A stretch of DNA of 63,587 nucleotides, the filler included, from Chiloscyllium plagiosum (Eukaryota), in the NCBI RefSeq assembly GCF_004010195.1. It is 4 parts of one record of this genome, joined end to end, with 100 filler letters (N's around TTAATTAATTAA, not from the genome) between each part and the next. Parts side by side here need not be neighbours in the genome. Positions count along the whole stretch, not along the records: positions 27,639 to 45,019 come from NC_057713.1; positions 45,120 to 58,329 come from NC_057713.1; 2 more parts are not named here. The stretch is one strand, 5' to 3'. The notes beneath the pieces are model-generated. The model was not told the origin of the DNA, ran no database searches, and saw only the letters and a program-made list of their open reading frames with translations. The translations under genes and the position numbers were made by a program. The number at the start of each line of letters is the position of its first letter. Within the stretch, counting starts at the first letter, position 1. Below, piece after piece: positions 37,706-50,237 of the stretch.

Positions 37706-39004
37706 TACCAGAAAAGTATGAAAACTCCCTTTGTTATCCTGACCCACAAACCTCTTTTTCATCCTGCATCACTGAAAGATTATACCATCCTAATTTATTT
37801 GGAGTTTCTTGAATCTTGGTGTATTGAAATTGATTGACATCTTTGCCTACATAACTGTCGTTATACCTCAAAAATATCCAACCAGCTGTGAAACATTTTA
37901 GAATATTGAGGACAATGTAGAAGGGGTGGACGATGTAAGTTATTCACTCAATGTGACATTCATTTTGGTGGCCAGTTTACTGGATAGAGAGCTTAAGGCC
38001 ATCGGATAATCTCTTGAAACTAAAGGGCTAATCAGTGGCTTTCAGCTTTAAGGGAGCAACTGGCTGTGATGGATGTTAAGAAGAAGGAAGGTTTTCTCGA
38101 TGCTGGTTCCACCTTCATAAAAATTACCCAGATGCAGGATGGAGCTGGAGAGTTGACAGGTTGGCTGCTTGCGTTGTTTTTACCTCCCTCTTTCTTGGTT
38201 GTAATGGCTGCTGAAATTCCAGGTTAAATAGTTGAACCCTGAATCTTTTTCCCTCCTTTCATATAGTTCAGAGACATTGACAGTAGTTGTGATATATCAC
38301 CTTATCACACCAGTAATAAACATCCAACTGAATTAAATTGGCAAATGCTGCTGGTTGCTGCTAAAGAGAAGAAACAGAAATAATTTACAATTGTAATATA
38401 CCTCATCACACTAGAAATGTCCCAAAGTGTTTTTTACAGGTAACAAATCACTTCTGGAGTCTTCTGTCAAGTGTAATGTAAGCAAAATTTTGTCATTACG
38501 TTATGCACAGCAGCTAGATAAATAATGTCTACCTGTTTTAGGTGATATTGGTTAAAAGACACCAAGAGAAATTCCATTAAGAGGTGTCAACATCTATCTG
38601 GGACAAGATCTTAGTTTAGTATTCCATTTAGGGGATGACACTTAGATCAATAAATGACAACGTTTACAACTCTCATTACTCATTCAAGGCATGTGGGTTG
38701 GCTAGCTAGGCCAGTATTTATTGCCAATCCCTATTCACCCAGAGGGCAATTGAGAGTCAACCATGTTGTGCATCTGGAGTGACATGTAGGCCAGACGAAG
38801 CAAAAATGGCAGATTTCCTTGCCTAAAGTATATTAGTAAACTAGATGAGTACTTATGATATTTGATGATGGTTAAATGGTCACCATTGGGCTAGTTTTTA
38901 ATTCCAGATTTTTCTGAAATTCAAATTTCATCATCTGCCATGATGGAATTTGCACCCATGTCCTTGGAACGTTAGCCTGCAGTCTGGATTATAAATCCAG
39001 TGAC

Positions 39005-39111
39005 ATTAGATTAGATTAGATTAGATTAGATTAGATTACTTACAGTGTGGAAACAGGCCCTTCGTCTGGTCTCTGGCGCTGTGAGGCAACAGTGCTTGCC
39101 ACTGTGCCGCC
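39005..39111 (-). mobile_element. Internally deleted HE1 SINE with (attag)6 tail
   Basis: The HE1 head is joined directly to its tail. Confidence 0.75.
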
Positions 39112-39855
39112 TACTAGGCCACTGCCTCCTCAAGTATCAGCCTATAACATGCGACCAAGTCATGTGCTTCCAGCTGAGCTGAGCCGAGCCAGTTGTGTTT
39201 TATTAATTTGTTTGTGAATCTGGCTGTCACCGGCTGGGTCAGCATTTATTGCTGACCTTTAATTGTCCGTAAACTGAGGGCCTTGCTAGAGCCATTTCAG
39301 AGGGCAGTTAAAGAGTCTACCATTTTGCTGTGGATTTGGTGTCGCATTAAGGATGGCAGATTTTTTGTTTTTATAAAAAAGGGTCATTAGACATTCAAGG
39401 CCTTCAAGAGACATTGGATGTTTATTTGGATAAAGATAATGTGTAAGGGTATGGGAAAAAGCAGAAGATTGGCACTATTTTATGGTGCTCATTTTAAACA
39501 AAAATGGAAATTGCTGAAAAAACTCAACATGACTGCTAGTATCTGTGGAGAGAAAGCAGAATCACTTTTTTGGGTTCAGTGATTTTTTTTTCAGGATCCT
39601 TCTTTTTGTTTCAGATCTCCAGCATCTGCAGTCTTTTTTTATGGTGCTAATTTAAAGAGTTGGTGCAGGCAGAATAAGTGAAATGGCTGTAACGGTTTAG
39701 TGTTTAGCTGTGATCAGAACCCTGTGATTATTTCCCCTTCAGTTTTGAAGTAGTTTAGCATGCTTATCTCTATACTGGATGAATTAATTCAGGCAAAGTT
39801 GGGGAATTAGACTTCTCTTTTCTGTAAGATGCCTTTAATTGCCTTTTAAATGTAT

Positions 39856-40079
39856 ATCAAGATTAGATTGGTGCTGGAAAAGCACAGCAGGTCAGGCAGT
39901 ATCCGAGGAGCAGGAAAATCGACGTTTTGGGCAAAAGCTCTTCATCAGGAACCTGATGAAGGGCTTTTGCCCGAAGCATTGATTTTCCTGCTTCTCGGAT
40001 GCTCCCTGACCTGCTGTGCTTTTCCAGCACCATTATAATCTTGACTCTAATCTCCAGCATCTGTACTACCCGCTTCCAG
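39856..40079. mobile_element. Palindromic PLE-terminus element with two back-to-back hammerhead-like cores and a 13-bp TSD
   Basis: 39857-39949 and 39952-40044 are about 90-bp inverted copies; TSD cttttaaatgtat/cttttaaatttat. Confidence 0.8.
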
Positions 40080-40362
40080 CTTTTAAATTTATGTAGCCAT
40101 CAGGAAAACTATTTCTCTACATATAATCACAAGCAACTAAAAAATTGCAATGTTTTAAAAAATAGTGAATACACTTGTTCATAAACAATGTGAAACTTTG
40201 GATGTGGTTTTACACCTTGTAAATTCATAAACTCCACAAGAAGACATGCTGCGGTTGACGTCAAATCATAAATATTTTGAAACACCTTTATTGTGCACTA
40301 AAGCTTTGGGTCATTATTGAGCTGAAATATTCATGCAATTTTGAAAATTTATTTTAATACAG

Positions 40363-40918
40363 GCCTTATGGAAGGATTTCTGCTTCAAGAAAAGATATCT
40401 GTATGGAAGTGCCTAGTAGTTCTTACTCACAGCCTGGAACCTCAGGCTACCAGTCTTATGCATTTCCTAGGTGGATAGCCCCAGAGGCAGGACGAAAACG
40501 AAGTGAAGGGAAATCTCTGTTAACTACTCAGCCACAGCTGAGTAACAGCTTTGAAGGATTGGACAAGGCAGAGACTCATCAAATTACAAATATATCGCTT
40601 TCTCCAACCTGTGCTAGAATACCCTCAACATCATCTCCTAGACCTCTTACAAGAGATGACCTTTTATTTCTGCAGCAGCATCAAACGGGCATCCCACGCT
40701 ATGGAACCAGGAATGAGACTGAAGTGCCAGCAGCATCCACAGAAGAGCAAGAGCTTATTCTAGAAAACCAAAGGAAATTTGGATTGTACCTTGATGAGAA
40801 AAGGGAAAGTCTTAAAAGATTACATGTACTGGAGGAAGAACTGCTCAGAGCTAAAATTGAAGTTGAACAATTAAAAGCATCACGACTGCGAGAATTGTCA
40901 GTGCTCAAGGACTCCTGA
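40363..40918 (+). CDS. FSBP: Nested gene, coding exon 2: homologous to the C-terminal half of FSBP (coiled coil)
   Basis: EEQELILENQRKFGLYLDEKRESLKRLHVLEEELLRAKIEVEQLKASRLR versus recalled human FSBP EEHQIILENQKNFGLYVQEKRDGLKRRQQLEEELLRAKIEVEKLKAIRLR; also QPGTS and SLSP..TSSP..RDD. Acceptor tttattttaatacag; phase-2 entry is in frame with the ORF at 40403. Confidence 0.85.
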
Positions 40919-41171
40919 AAGGAGAACCTTCATTGCTTGTTTATTCAGCTCTGTGATCCTGACTGTGACATTTTACCAAGGAACATTGTTGAGATGAAAA
41001 GAGTGAATTCCAATGAGGATTCTCCCATTAAAGCACACTGACTTTGCTGGAAGAATCAAGGGACCTTATAAAAGTTTACCCTGATTTTTATCAGCAGTTT
41101 AGCAGGATGATAGACCAGACTGGTATATGATAATATTGAATTTAAAAACAGTAAATCTGCTTTGGTCAGTG

Positions 41172-41177
41172 AATAAA
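41172..41177 (+). terminator. Candidate polyadenylation signal of the nested gene
   Basis: AATAAA about 250 nt after the TGA stop. Confidence 0.4.
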
Positions 41178-41744
41178 TATCACATGATATATAACTGAGT
41201 CTAACAGATGAGATGTTGTAAGTTTAAACTCACTCTGCTTTGTGTTCATTGATGTAAATTGTGGAGGCAATACAGCAGTTGGCATCGATATCCATGGGCT
41301 GATTATCATTCCCTTTCAGCACCACTATATCGCCATTTTGTTAGAAATAGCGCCTTTGAACACTAGATATTTAATTAACTTTGGTTGTAGAACACGTTTT
41401 AATAACATGCCTTTTTATTGTATTCTAACTCTTCAGAAATGTTATTTAGGACAGTAAGAGATCCTTATGGTTTATTGGTTGATGTTGAGGGAATAACATA
41501 CCTCATGACAGTTGTGATAACCACTGTGTAATATTTTGATAGTTCTTTGGCAGCCCATTCCATTTGTTTGCCAGCTCTTGTGCAAAGTAGTAATTTGTCC
41601 AATTTGAATAACACCAGCAATCTGTCAGCCTTGCTTTCAAACTTACCAAGTGAAAGATTTCTTTTTCATCTCCTTGTTATCCATGTCAGTTCCATTTCAA
41701 CTTACATGCTTTTTAAAAAATTAAATACAGTAGTTCACTCAGTA

Positions 41745-41980
41745 ATAAAAACAAAATACTGCAGATACTGGAAATTGTAAATAAAAACATTGCTGGAGAA
41801 ACACAACAGGTCTGGCGGCATCTGTAGAGAGAGAAAGTTAATGTTTTGAATTCAGTATGACTTTTGTCAAACTCAAGAAGAAGAGGTGCATCATCACGTT
41901 GAACTCGAAACGTTAAACCTGTTTCTCTCTCCATAGATGCTGCTACATGTATTATGTTTCTTCAGCACTTTCTGCTTTTT
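41745..41980. mobile_element. Palindromic PLE-terminus-derived element, old
   Basis: gcatctgtagagagagaaagttaatgtttt is inverted as gaaacgttaaacctgtttctctctccatagatgc. Confidence 0.6.
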
Positions 41981-43694
41981 AGTTAACTCTAGTTTAAACA
42001 AACTAGTGTATCTTTTAGGTGACTTTCAAAGGATTTCACAGAAATGTGTTCATCGTGGGCAAGCAAAGGCAATTCAGCTATCTTCTGAGTCCAAGGGCAA
42101 GCTCAGCTTATAAATTATAATTTTGCATTTAAATAACAGGCTAAAAATAATGTTTTCTCACATGTAAAGAATGAAGTACCTGCTCAAGTACTTAACTCCT
42201 GGCAAATCCCACAGAATTGCATATATTGCCCCACATTCAAGGCAGCTAATTCTTTATTAACTTTTAGAGCTGTCAATTGAATTGTGAATTTGCAACCACC
42301 ACCTCCTCTCTCTTGCTTAATGATAATAAGTTGAAGACAGTAGCTGAGCCTTAATTGTACTTACAGTTGGCAATTGGAAATTGTTAAAGGGCTGGCTGTT
42401 GAAATAACGTGCTACAGTTCTGCTGACTTTATCTGTCCTCCTGCATTGCTGATGTCAGGATTTCGTTTTGTGGGATTGTGGTCCACCTTCATTTCCCTCC
42501 CCCAGAAATGGTCAGATATGGTTCGAGGGCCTGTTGCCATTTAGGATAGATCCCAAATTCTGGACTGTTCCATGAAAAGGTTTTTATTCTTGTAAGATTG
42601 ATAGCATATACCTGAAGCATTGCAGTTTTGTGCATCAGTCTTCCCCATTTGCATCTTATGCTAAAATGTTTCTTTGTTAAAATAAATTGTGGCACCTCAG
42701 AAGCATACACATTGTATTTTACAGCTGTGTTCACCTAGGCACTTGTAGATAAAATTTGGTTAAGTCTGTTGGTTGGATGGCTAGCATGTGATTCAGAATA
42801 ATATCTAACATTATGGCTTTGAAACCCATTCAGGCTGAGGTGAGCTTGCTATCTGTTTCCTTGACCTATCCCAGAGAGACAAACTACCACTGATTAGAAC
42901 TGTCCAGAAAGTGTCTTAGGGTGAAGCATCAGTAGACATTTGGGGCATGAACCAGAATGCATATAACATGGCAGATTTCATAATGTGTGGCCTGGGCCAA
43001 AATTTGGCAAAATAATCTTTCTATGACAGTAAAAGAGCTAAGTAGTTTGTGTGGGTTTCCTACTTTCATATTTTAAAAATCTGACCATAAGATGATTAAC
43101 ATAGCTTTTTTTCTTATTTTGTTATTAATTGTTGTGGCTCACGCTTACATTTAAGATAAAGCAGCTTGTTGCAGAGGCAGTTTGCAAATACATGATCAGT
43201 TTCAAGCTCTAGAGAAACCAATCAGAATTTACAAGAAACTCTGCATTAATTGGCTCAAGCCAGAGTAGGACTGGATTCTTAATATCTCAGGTTATAAGGC
43301 TTTCAATAGAAACAAGTTATGTAAAAAGGGAGAAGGTGTGGCAGTCTTGGTCACAAATAGTCTAATCCCCCCTGAATGAGATGTGTTCCTAGATAGAATC
43401 TATGTGGTTGGAGGTGAGAAACTGTGAGGGAGCCATGACCTTGTTGGGTAGTTATTATAGAGGGGCGAACTTAGTTAACCTTTTCATAACCTTAGAGTAG
43501 GAAGTCTAATAAAATAAGACTAATAATTCTAGTCTGAGGCATTATTTGTAAGTTTAAGAGATGCCAGGAGAGGCCAGCCAGGTGGGATGTGCAGCTGGGG
43601 AGTATGGCAAGTCCTGAACATGGCCAGTGTCCTAAATGACCATGTGCTGGAACTGCTCCCAGCTGCAGAAGATGGAGCACTCCCTAACCAGTAT

Positions 43695-44317
43695 TGTCAC
43701 AAAGCTGGTTCTTTTTTCTAAAAGCTGTTCCTTTTCTCCAGAATACTATGTTTTTTTTCCAGAGAGGTCGTAAAACAGTCCAGGCTCCGAATCGACTGGT
43801 TTGTACAGTGTTGAAAGGGTTTACTGAGAGGCGTTTTGTTTATATGTAAACAGATGAAACTGTAGACCAAAGCTTTTACGTTTTAGAAGTGACCTGTATA
43901 TTGAAAGGGGAGTAGTCAGTCCCAGAAGCTGAAGTCTTGTTTTAGTTCAGTTCAGCAGAGGACTAAAACAGGCTGCTAGACTCTCTCTCTTTCTGCCCTT
44001 CTAACTTAGACCTGTAAGCCTATGTTTCAGTTTTACTCTATGTTTAAGGGGTTTGTTTATTGGGACTGTTGTGTACTTTCGGAACAGCATAATTAAGTCT
44101 GGTTTGGATAGACTGAGTTCTGTGGGTATTCTTTATTCTGCTCTTTATGTTTCATTCCATAATTTTGTGAATAAATTTTTGTCTGTTTTAAAACCTGGTA
44201 GTCAACCTAGCTAACTTCAGGTAATTTTGACTGTACACTTACCAAAACAAATAGCAAAGTTTCAGTCTGGACTGCCTGCTTACGAATGTTTTGAGTGGTC
44301 TGGCATAGTACATAACA
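43695..44317 (+). mobile_element. Solo LTR (Gypsy-like)
   Basis: TGT...ACA termini, 4-bp TSD GTAT (43691-43694 and 44318-44321), internal AATAAA; a related partial copy lies inverted at about 60817-60967. Confidence 0.75.
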
Positions 44318-44339
44318 GTATTCAATTTTGAAAGCTGAT

Positions 44340-44600
44340 GGAGCTGGTATCTTGGAGGAATGCGGTCAGAGGCAAGCTTCTGGCACCATAAGTGGCTTGA
44401 CTGTACAGGGAGGGGAGAATAAGAAAGAATAAGCAACAATGACAGAGGATACTTCAGGTGGGTGAGCAGACAGGTGTTTCTGTGGCTGAAGACGTGACTC
44501 CAGAATGGTGTATTGTCTTCCTGGTGCTAAGGTCAAGTTTGTCACTGAACAGCTGCAGGGCATTCTGAAATGGGAGTGTGATGAGTTAGAGGTTGTGGTT
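44340..44600 (+). mobile_element. CR1 ORF1 SGNH-esterase fragment
   Basis: FCG*RRDSRMVYCLPGAKVKFVTEQLQGILK..EVVV. Confidence 0.65.
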
Positions 44601-44755
44601 TTTCCTTTTTTTTATAATTCATTCACGGGATGGAGGGATCACCAGCTTGGCCGGTATTTATTGCTCATCCTTAATTGCCCAAAGGGCAGTTGAGTCAACC
44701 CCATCACATGTAGAGCAAACCATCTCAGATTGGCAGTTTCCTTCCCAAAAGGACA

Positions 44756-45019
44756 TAGAGTCATAGACATGTACAGCATGGAAACAGACCCTTCGGTCCA
44801 ACCTGTCCGTGCCAACCAGATATCCCAACCCAATATAGTCCCTCCTGCCAGCATCCGGCCCATATCCCTCCAAACCCTTCCTATTCGTATACCCATCCAA
44901 ATGCCTCTTAAATGATGTAATTGTACCAGCCTCCACCACTTCCTCTGGCAGCTCATTCCATGCATGTACCATCCTCTACGTGAAAAGGTTGCCCCTTAGG
45001 TCTCTTTTATATCTTTCCC
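44756..45019 (-). mobile_element. CR1/HER1 3' end
   Basis: WNELPEEVVEAG plus tail. Confidence 0.9.
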
Positions 45020-45119
45020 NNNNNNNNNNNNNNNNNNNNNNNNNNNNNNNNNNNNNNNNNNNNTTAATTAATTAANNNNNNNNNNNNNNNNNNNNNNNNN
45101 NNNNNNNNNNNNNNNNNNN

Positions 45120-45885
45120 GGAAAGCAAATCTTAGCAGGACTTATACACTTCATGGTAAGGTCCTAGGGAGTGTTGCTGAACAAAGAGACCTTGGAGTGC
45201 AGGTTCATATCTCCTTGAAAGTGGAGTCGCAGGTGAATAGGATAGTGAAGAAGGCGTTTGGTATGCTTTCATTTATTGGTCAGAGTATTGAGTACAGGAG
45301 TTTGGAGGTTGCGGCTATACAGGACATTGGTTAGGCCACTATTGTAATATTGCGTGCAATTCTGGTCTCCTTCCTATCAGAAAGATGTTGTGAAACTTGA
45401 AAGGGTTCAGAAATGATTTACAAGGATGTTGCCGGGGTTGGAGGATTTGAGCTACAGGGAGCTGGAGCTGTTTTCCTTGGAGTGTCGGAGGCTGAGGGGT
45501 GACCATATAGATGTTTATAAAATTATGAGGGGCATGGATAGGGTAAATAGACAAAGTCTTTTCCCTGGGATCGGGGAGTCCAGAACTAGAGGGCATAGGT
45601 TTAGAGTGAGAGGGGAAAGATATAAAAGAGACCTAAAGAACAATCTTTTCATGCAGAGGGTGGTATGTGTATGGAATGAGCTGCCAGAGGAAGTGGTGGA
45701 GGCTGATGCAATTGCAACATTTCAGAGGCATTTGGATGGGTATATTAATAGGAAGGGTTTGGAGGGATATGGGCCCGGTGCTGGCAGGTGGGACTAGATT
45801 GGGTTGAGATATCTGGTTGGCATGGACGGTTTGGACCAAAGGGTCTTTTTCCGTGCTGTACATCTCTATGACTCTATGACTCTAT
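45120..45885 (+). mobile_element. CR1/HER1 3' fragment
   Basis: ORF 45426-45797 and (ctatgact)n tail. Confidence 0.9.
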
Positions 45886-47010
45886 CTTGCAGTTGATTTC
45901 ATGGCAGCCTCAAGAGTTATAGATTGTATACAACACGGCAATGTTTGGTCTTCTTTTACCTCTCATATTCCATAAGGGTTCCCTTGGCATTTGTTTGGGT
46001 CTTTCTGTAAACCCCAACTCCTTTGTATGATGTGCTAATGCGGTGGTGACATGTGACCCACACTGTTCACTGAAATCCTTAAATTCTCCAGAGGTGAATT
46101 AGGGTCCAAAATCTTGTTATTCTTTCATGAATTTCTTGCTCAGCTAACAGAACTTGTACTGTTTAGATGACTGTCGCAGTTATCAAATCATTTATCTTTT
46201 GAATAAAGGGAACCTTGAGTAATAACCTGTAACTATGAGATGCTATTCATGATTGTATGTGAATTAATTGGTCCCCACAGTATGCTTTTGGCTGGTTGGA
46301 CTTCAGTAACTGATCTGGCTGTCAGTTTACACTTCTCCATTTCAATGTATCTTTCCAAGATATCGTTCCTGCATTTTGAGAGTTTTCCTCATTTTGGACC
46401 TGGCTAGAAGGACGCCATCTTCCAGTGAAGTGTCACCCTGTTAGACCACTACTGTCAAAAATGCTGGCTGTGTTTGCTGTATCTTTTCAGGCCATTCTGA
46501 ATTACTTGCCAAGAGAGTATCTCCAACTCTTCATTACTGGCCTAATTTGCAGTTTGGCTGAATTTTGGTTATGGTATATTCGCTAGTTCTTAGATCTTTA
46601 TACCCAATCCTTTTATCTCATTGTTTACTGAGATAAATATCAGCCATTGACAATTGCTCCCCAATACACTAGCAATATCAGCTGCTTCAGTGACATTGAA
46701 CATGCTGTTACATAGCAAGATAGAAAAGTGGAGCAGGAGTAGGCCATTCAGCCCCTTGAGCCTGTTCCACCATTCAAGGTGATCATAATTGATCACCAAC
46801 TTAGTACCCTGTTTGCTTTAATCTCTTTAACCTTAAGGACTATAGCTGAATCCTCCTTGAAAATATTCAATGTTTTGTCCTCAACTGCTTTCTGTGACAG
46901 AGAATTCCATAGTGTCAGCACTCTTTGGGTAAAGAAACTTATCATAATCTCAATCCTAAATAGCCTACACTCCTGATTCTGAACTGTCAGTCATCAAGAA
47001 TATCCTTCCT

Positions 47011-47556
47011 CTATAAAACTTTGGTTAGACCGCACTTGGAATACTGCGTCCAGTTCTGGTCACCCTATTATAAGAAAGATGTGGATGCTTTGGAGAGGGT
47101 TCAGAGGAGGTTTACCAGGATGCTGCCTGGACTGGAGGGCTTATTTTATGAGGAGAGGTTGACTGAGCTCGGACTTTTTTCATTGGAGAAAAGGAGGAGA
47201 AGAGGGGACCTAATTGAGGTATACAAGATAATGAGAGGCATAGATAGAGTCGATAGCCAGAGACTATTTCCCATGGCAGAAATGACTAACACGAGGGGTC
47301 ATAGTTTTAAGCTGGTTGGAGGAAAGTATAGAGGGGATGTCAGAGGTGGGTTCTTTACACAGAGAGTTGTGAGAGCATGGAATGCGTTGCCAGCAGCAGT
47401 TGTGGAGGCAGGGTCATTGGGGACATTTAAGAGACTCCTGGACATGCATACGGTCACAGGAATTTGAGGGTGCATACATGAGGATCAATGATCGGCACAA
47501 CATCGTGGGCTGAAGGGCCTGTTCTGTGCTGTACTGTTCTATGTTCTATGTTCTAT
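47011..47556 (+). mobile_element. Young CR1 of a second family, nested in an older minus-strand CR1 (about 46715-47850)
   Basis: Uninterrupted ORF 47021-47467; (gttctat)n tail. Confidence 0.9.
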
Positions 47557-50237
47557 TTATCCAGTCTAAATCTGTCAAGGGTGTTACAGTTTCCCATGAG
47601 GCCCCCAAACACCACCCCACCTCCACCTTGTTCTCCTAAACACCAGTGATTATAGCCCTAACTGATCCACTCTCTCTTCATACATCAGTTCCGCCAACCC
47701 AGGAGTAAATCTTTGTTGCAACCCTGCATAGTCAGAATATCCTCCTTCAGATAAGGAGACCAAAACCCACACAATGATCCAGGTGTGGCCTTACTAAGGC
47801 CTCATACAACTGTGGCAAAACATCTTGTACTTGAATCCTCTTGCTATGTGTGTATTTTCCTTTTTTTCTCCTTCAGATTTGTTTTGTTGCTTGCTGATGC
47901 TCTCAGTTCCCCTGCATACAATTAGCATGACGTTGCTGGGTTTCAGAGTGCCTTTCAATAGAGTAGCCAGATACTTGTAATTATTTGGGAAAGATCTTCT
48001 GATATAGCCTGAATGGGATGTTGTTCCCCTCTGCAATAGTATCAAGCTTTAGCTTTAGGTTTATGGTTGAGTGTTATTACTCACTTTCTAGTTGATCTGA
48101 ATGGTTGTATGAATGTCTTTTATCTGGGGACTGTCACATCCAAATATTTCATGCAGTTGTAAGGTTCCTACGTTATTGTGTTCTCAAACTCATCATCTTC
48201 CAGCAATCTTCATTTCTTTTCCTTCTCATTCACCCTGTTACTCTGTCTCTAATATTTCTTTGTCATTTTTGTTCTTTGTTCTGCATGCCTTGTTTGAGTT
48301 AACAATAGGCTTACATATTCCTGTCGCAGGCTGCTAAATTTGTATCAGCAAATACAATGATTTAACCTTGGTTTGAGATTTGTGCTGATTTCTGTCGCCA
48401 CCTTCTCTAAGCTCTGAGTTATGAGACAAGTTTAACTTTCCACTCCTGCTAAAGGATGTAGCTGATTCTATCCCCTTAGCAATGTCTTTTTAGGAAGCTA
48501 CTGACTATCAGTCTACATGTTTACTTAAACCTCTGAAATCATTCCAAACTTTGCAAAACCATCAACCTCCTCTTTCATTATTTTTGGAGCTTTGTGTTTC
48601 CGACTATGATGGCCATTTCATTTTCGCATGATTCACATCATCATTCTTCCTCTCACTGGCACTAATTTGGATGATTTGAAATGTTTGGTCTTTTACTCTC
48701 AGTCACCCCGCTGCCACCATTTTATGCCTTCTGGTTCCCTTAAGTTAGAAATAATTTCACTTTGGACGCAAAATGCTGGGCCTTCATAAAGTGTATTTGT
48801 TTCAGTCCTCCACTGAATCCATTAGTACTTGCACTTGACTGTGGTGCAGCAATAGATGTGGCACCCTGGGGTACGTAATCAGACAATTAGCTCCTCTCTC
48901 TTTGAGTGACACATTCATATAACAATATAAACTGGCTGTTATTGTTGTGCTGCTTAACTGGAAAAAATGGACTTGCTAAGTCAAATAAAATTTCAAAAAG
49001 GATGTAATAAATATTTTCATGTGTTTGCATCACAAGCAAATTGGTACATGTCAGGCTTTAATCGGAAATTTTTGTATCTTTTCCAGACGTTATTGGATGC
49101 AAGCTTCTGTTATTTTATCAGCTGTGATGTAAATCTTTATTCTCTCAGACGCAGGTAATTTTGCCAACTCTATTTTAAATATAATTTTCAGCTATAAATT
49201 ACCAGTAAATTAATAGGAAGATATTTTGATATGCAATTCAGTCTTTTTAGTTGCTGGAAATGAAGGACGTAAAGCTGGTCATATTCCTAATAGGCAAAAT
49301 GCAGTAATTGAAAAAAAAAGCAAATTTCGTTCAACAAAACATCAAGGCTCTTAATTTTCTGTCAACTTAAAGGCAAGGCTAATGGTCTCACAGTTAGTTA
49401 TGTGAAAAAGTCTAGTAACTTCAGGTAAGGGCGGTTATGCAGTCATATATAGAAAACCAAATAGTGCTGACTTAGTGTCCTGACTGGTACTGGTCCGACT
49501 AAAAGCTGTATTGTATGGAATGCAAGAACAGTTTGGGCTAATTCCAGGCACTTGCAAGCAGTCTGCCATTATCTTTGTAAAAAAGGGCACCTCACTGTCT
49601 GGCTCATTATTGAAGTACTTGAAATGGGCTGAAATTATGATATCTCCATTGTAGATAAGATCTAGACAACTGGAAATTATGGCAGAAGCATTTCTATCTA
49701 AATAAGCATTTAACAATAGGATAAATGTGTTTCACTGGCAAAAAGACTGACACTAGAAGTTAAATTTTATAAGTCTGAACCCTTATTTCCTCAGGGCCCT
49801 AATAATTATTGGAGATTTTAAATATGTTAATTCAATGTCTGTAAAGCGTTGCAATCCATTCAGTTACAATATATTTTCTGATGGTGGTTCCAGTGAGAAT
49901 CTAGTGTCAAAGTTAACATCATTACTCTAGAGAGAGAAAACACATTATCCACTGGGGTTATTACCTTCTGTGGCAACTGGAAATGTGTTGAAAGCCTCTG
50001 ACTTGCTTTCTGGATTCAGTATAAAGCTTGCTGCAAAAATAAAACAACCTTGCAGGACAACTGGCTTTGGTACAAATCCCTCCAAGATGTGCCTTGTTGT
50101 TATGGTAACTAGTAAAGCAACAAAAAGTGCAGATAGATGACTGCTCTCTGGATCATGGCTTATGCTGGAAGATTAATTTTATGTCTGGTAGCAAATATTC
50201 TTGTAAATCTGTAGCTCCCATTCTAACTTCCAGCTTT

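Noticed and set aside
38267..38383. Strong acceptor followed by ..SPYHTSNKHP..NW, faintly like the FSBP Myb-region EHTNKHS
   Set aside because: The similarity is too short, the phase-2 frame hits a stop and there is no good donor; it cannot be called a relic Myb exon.
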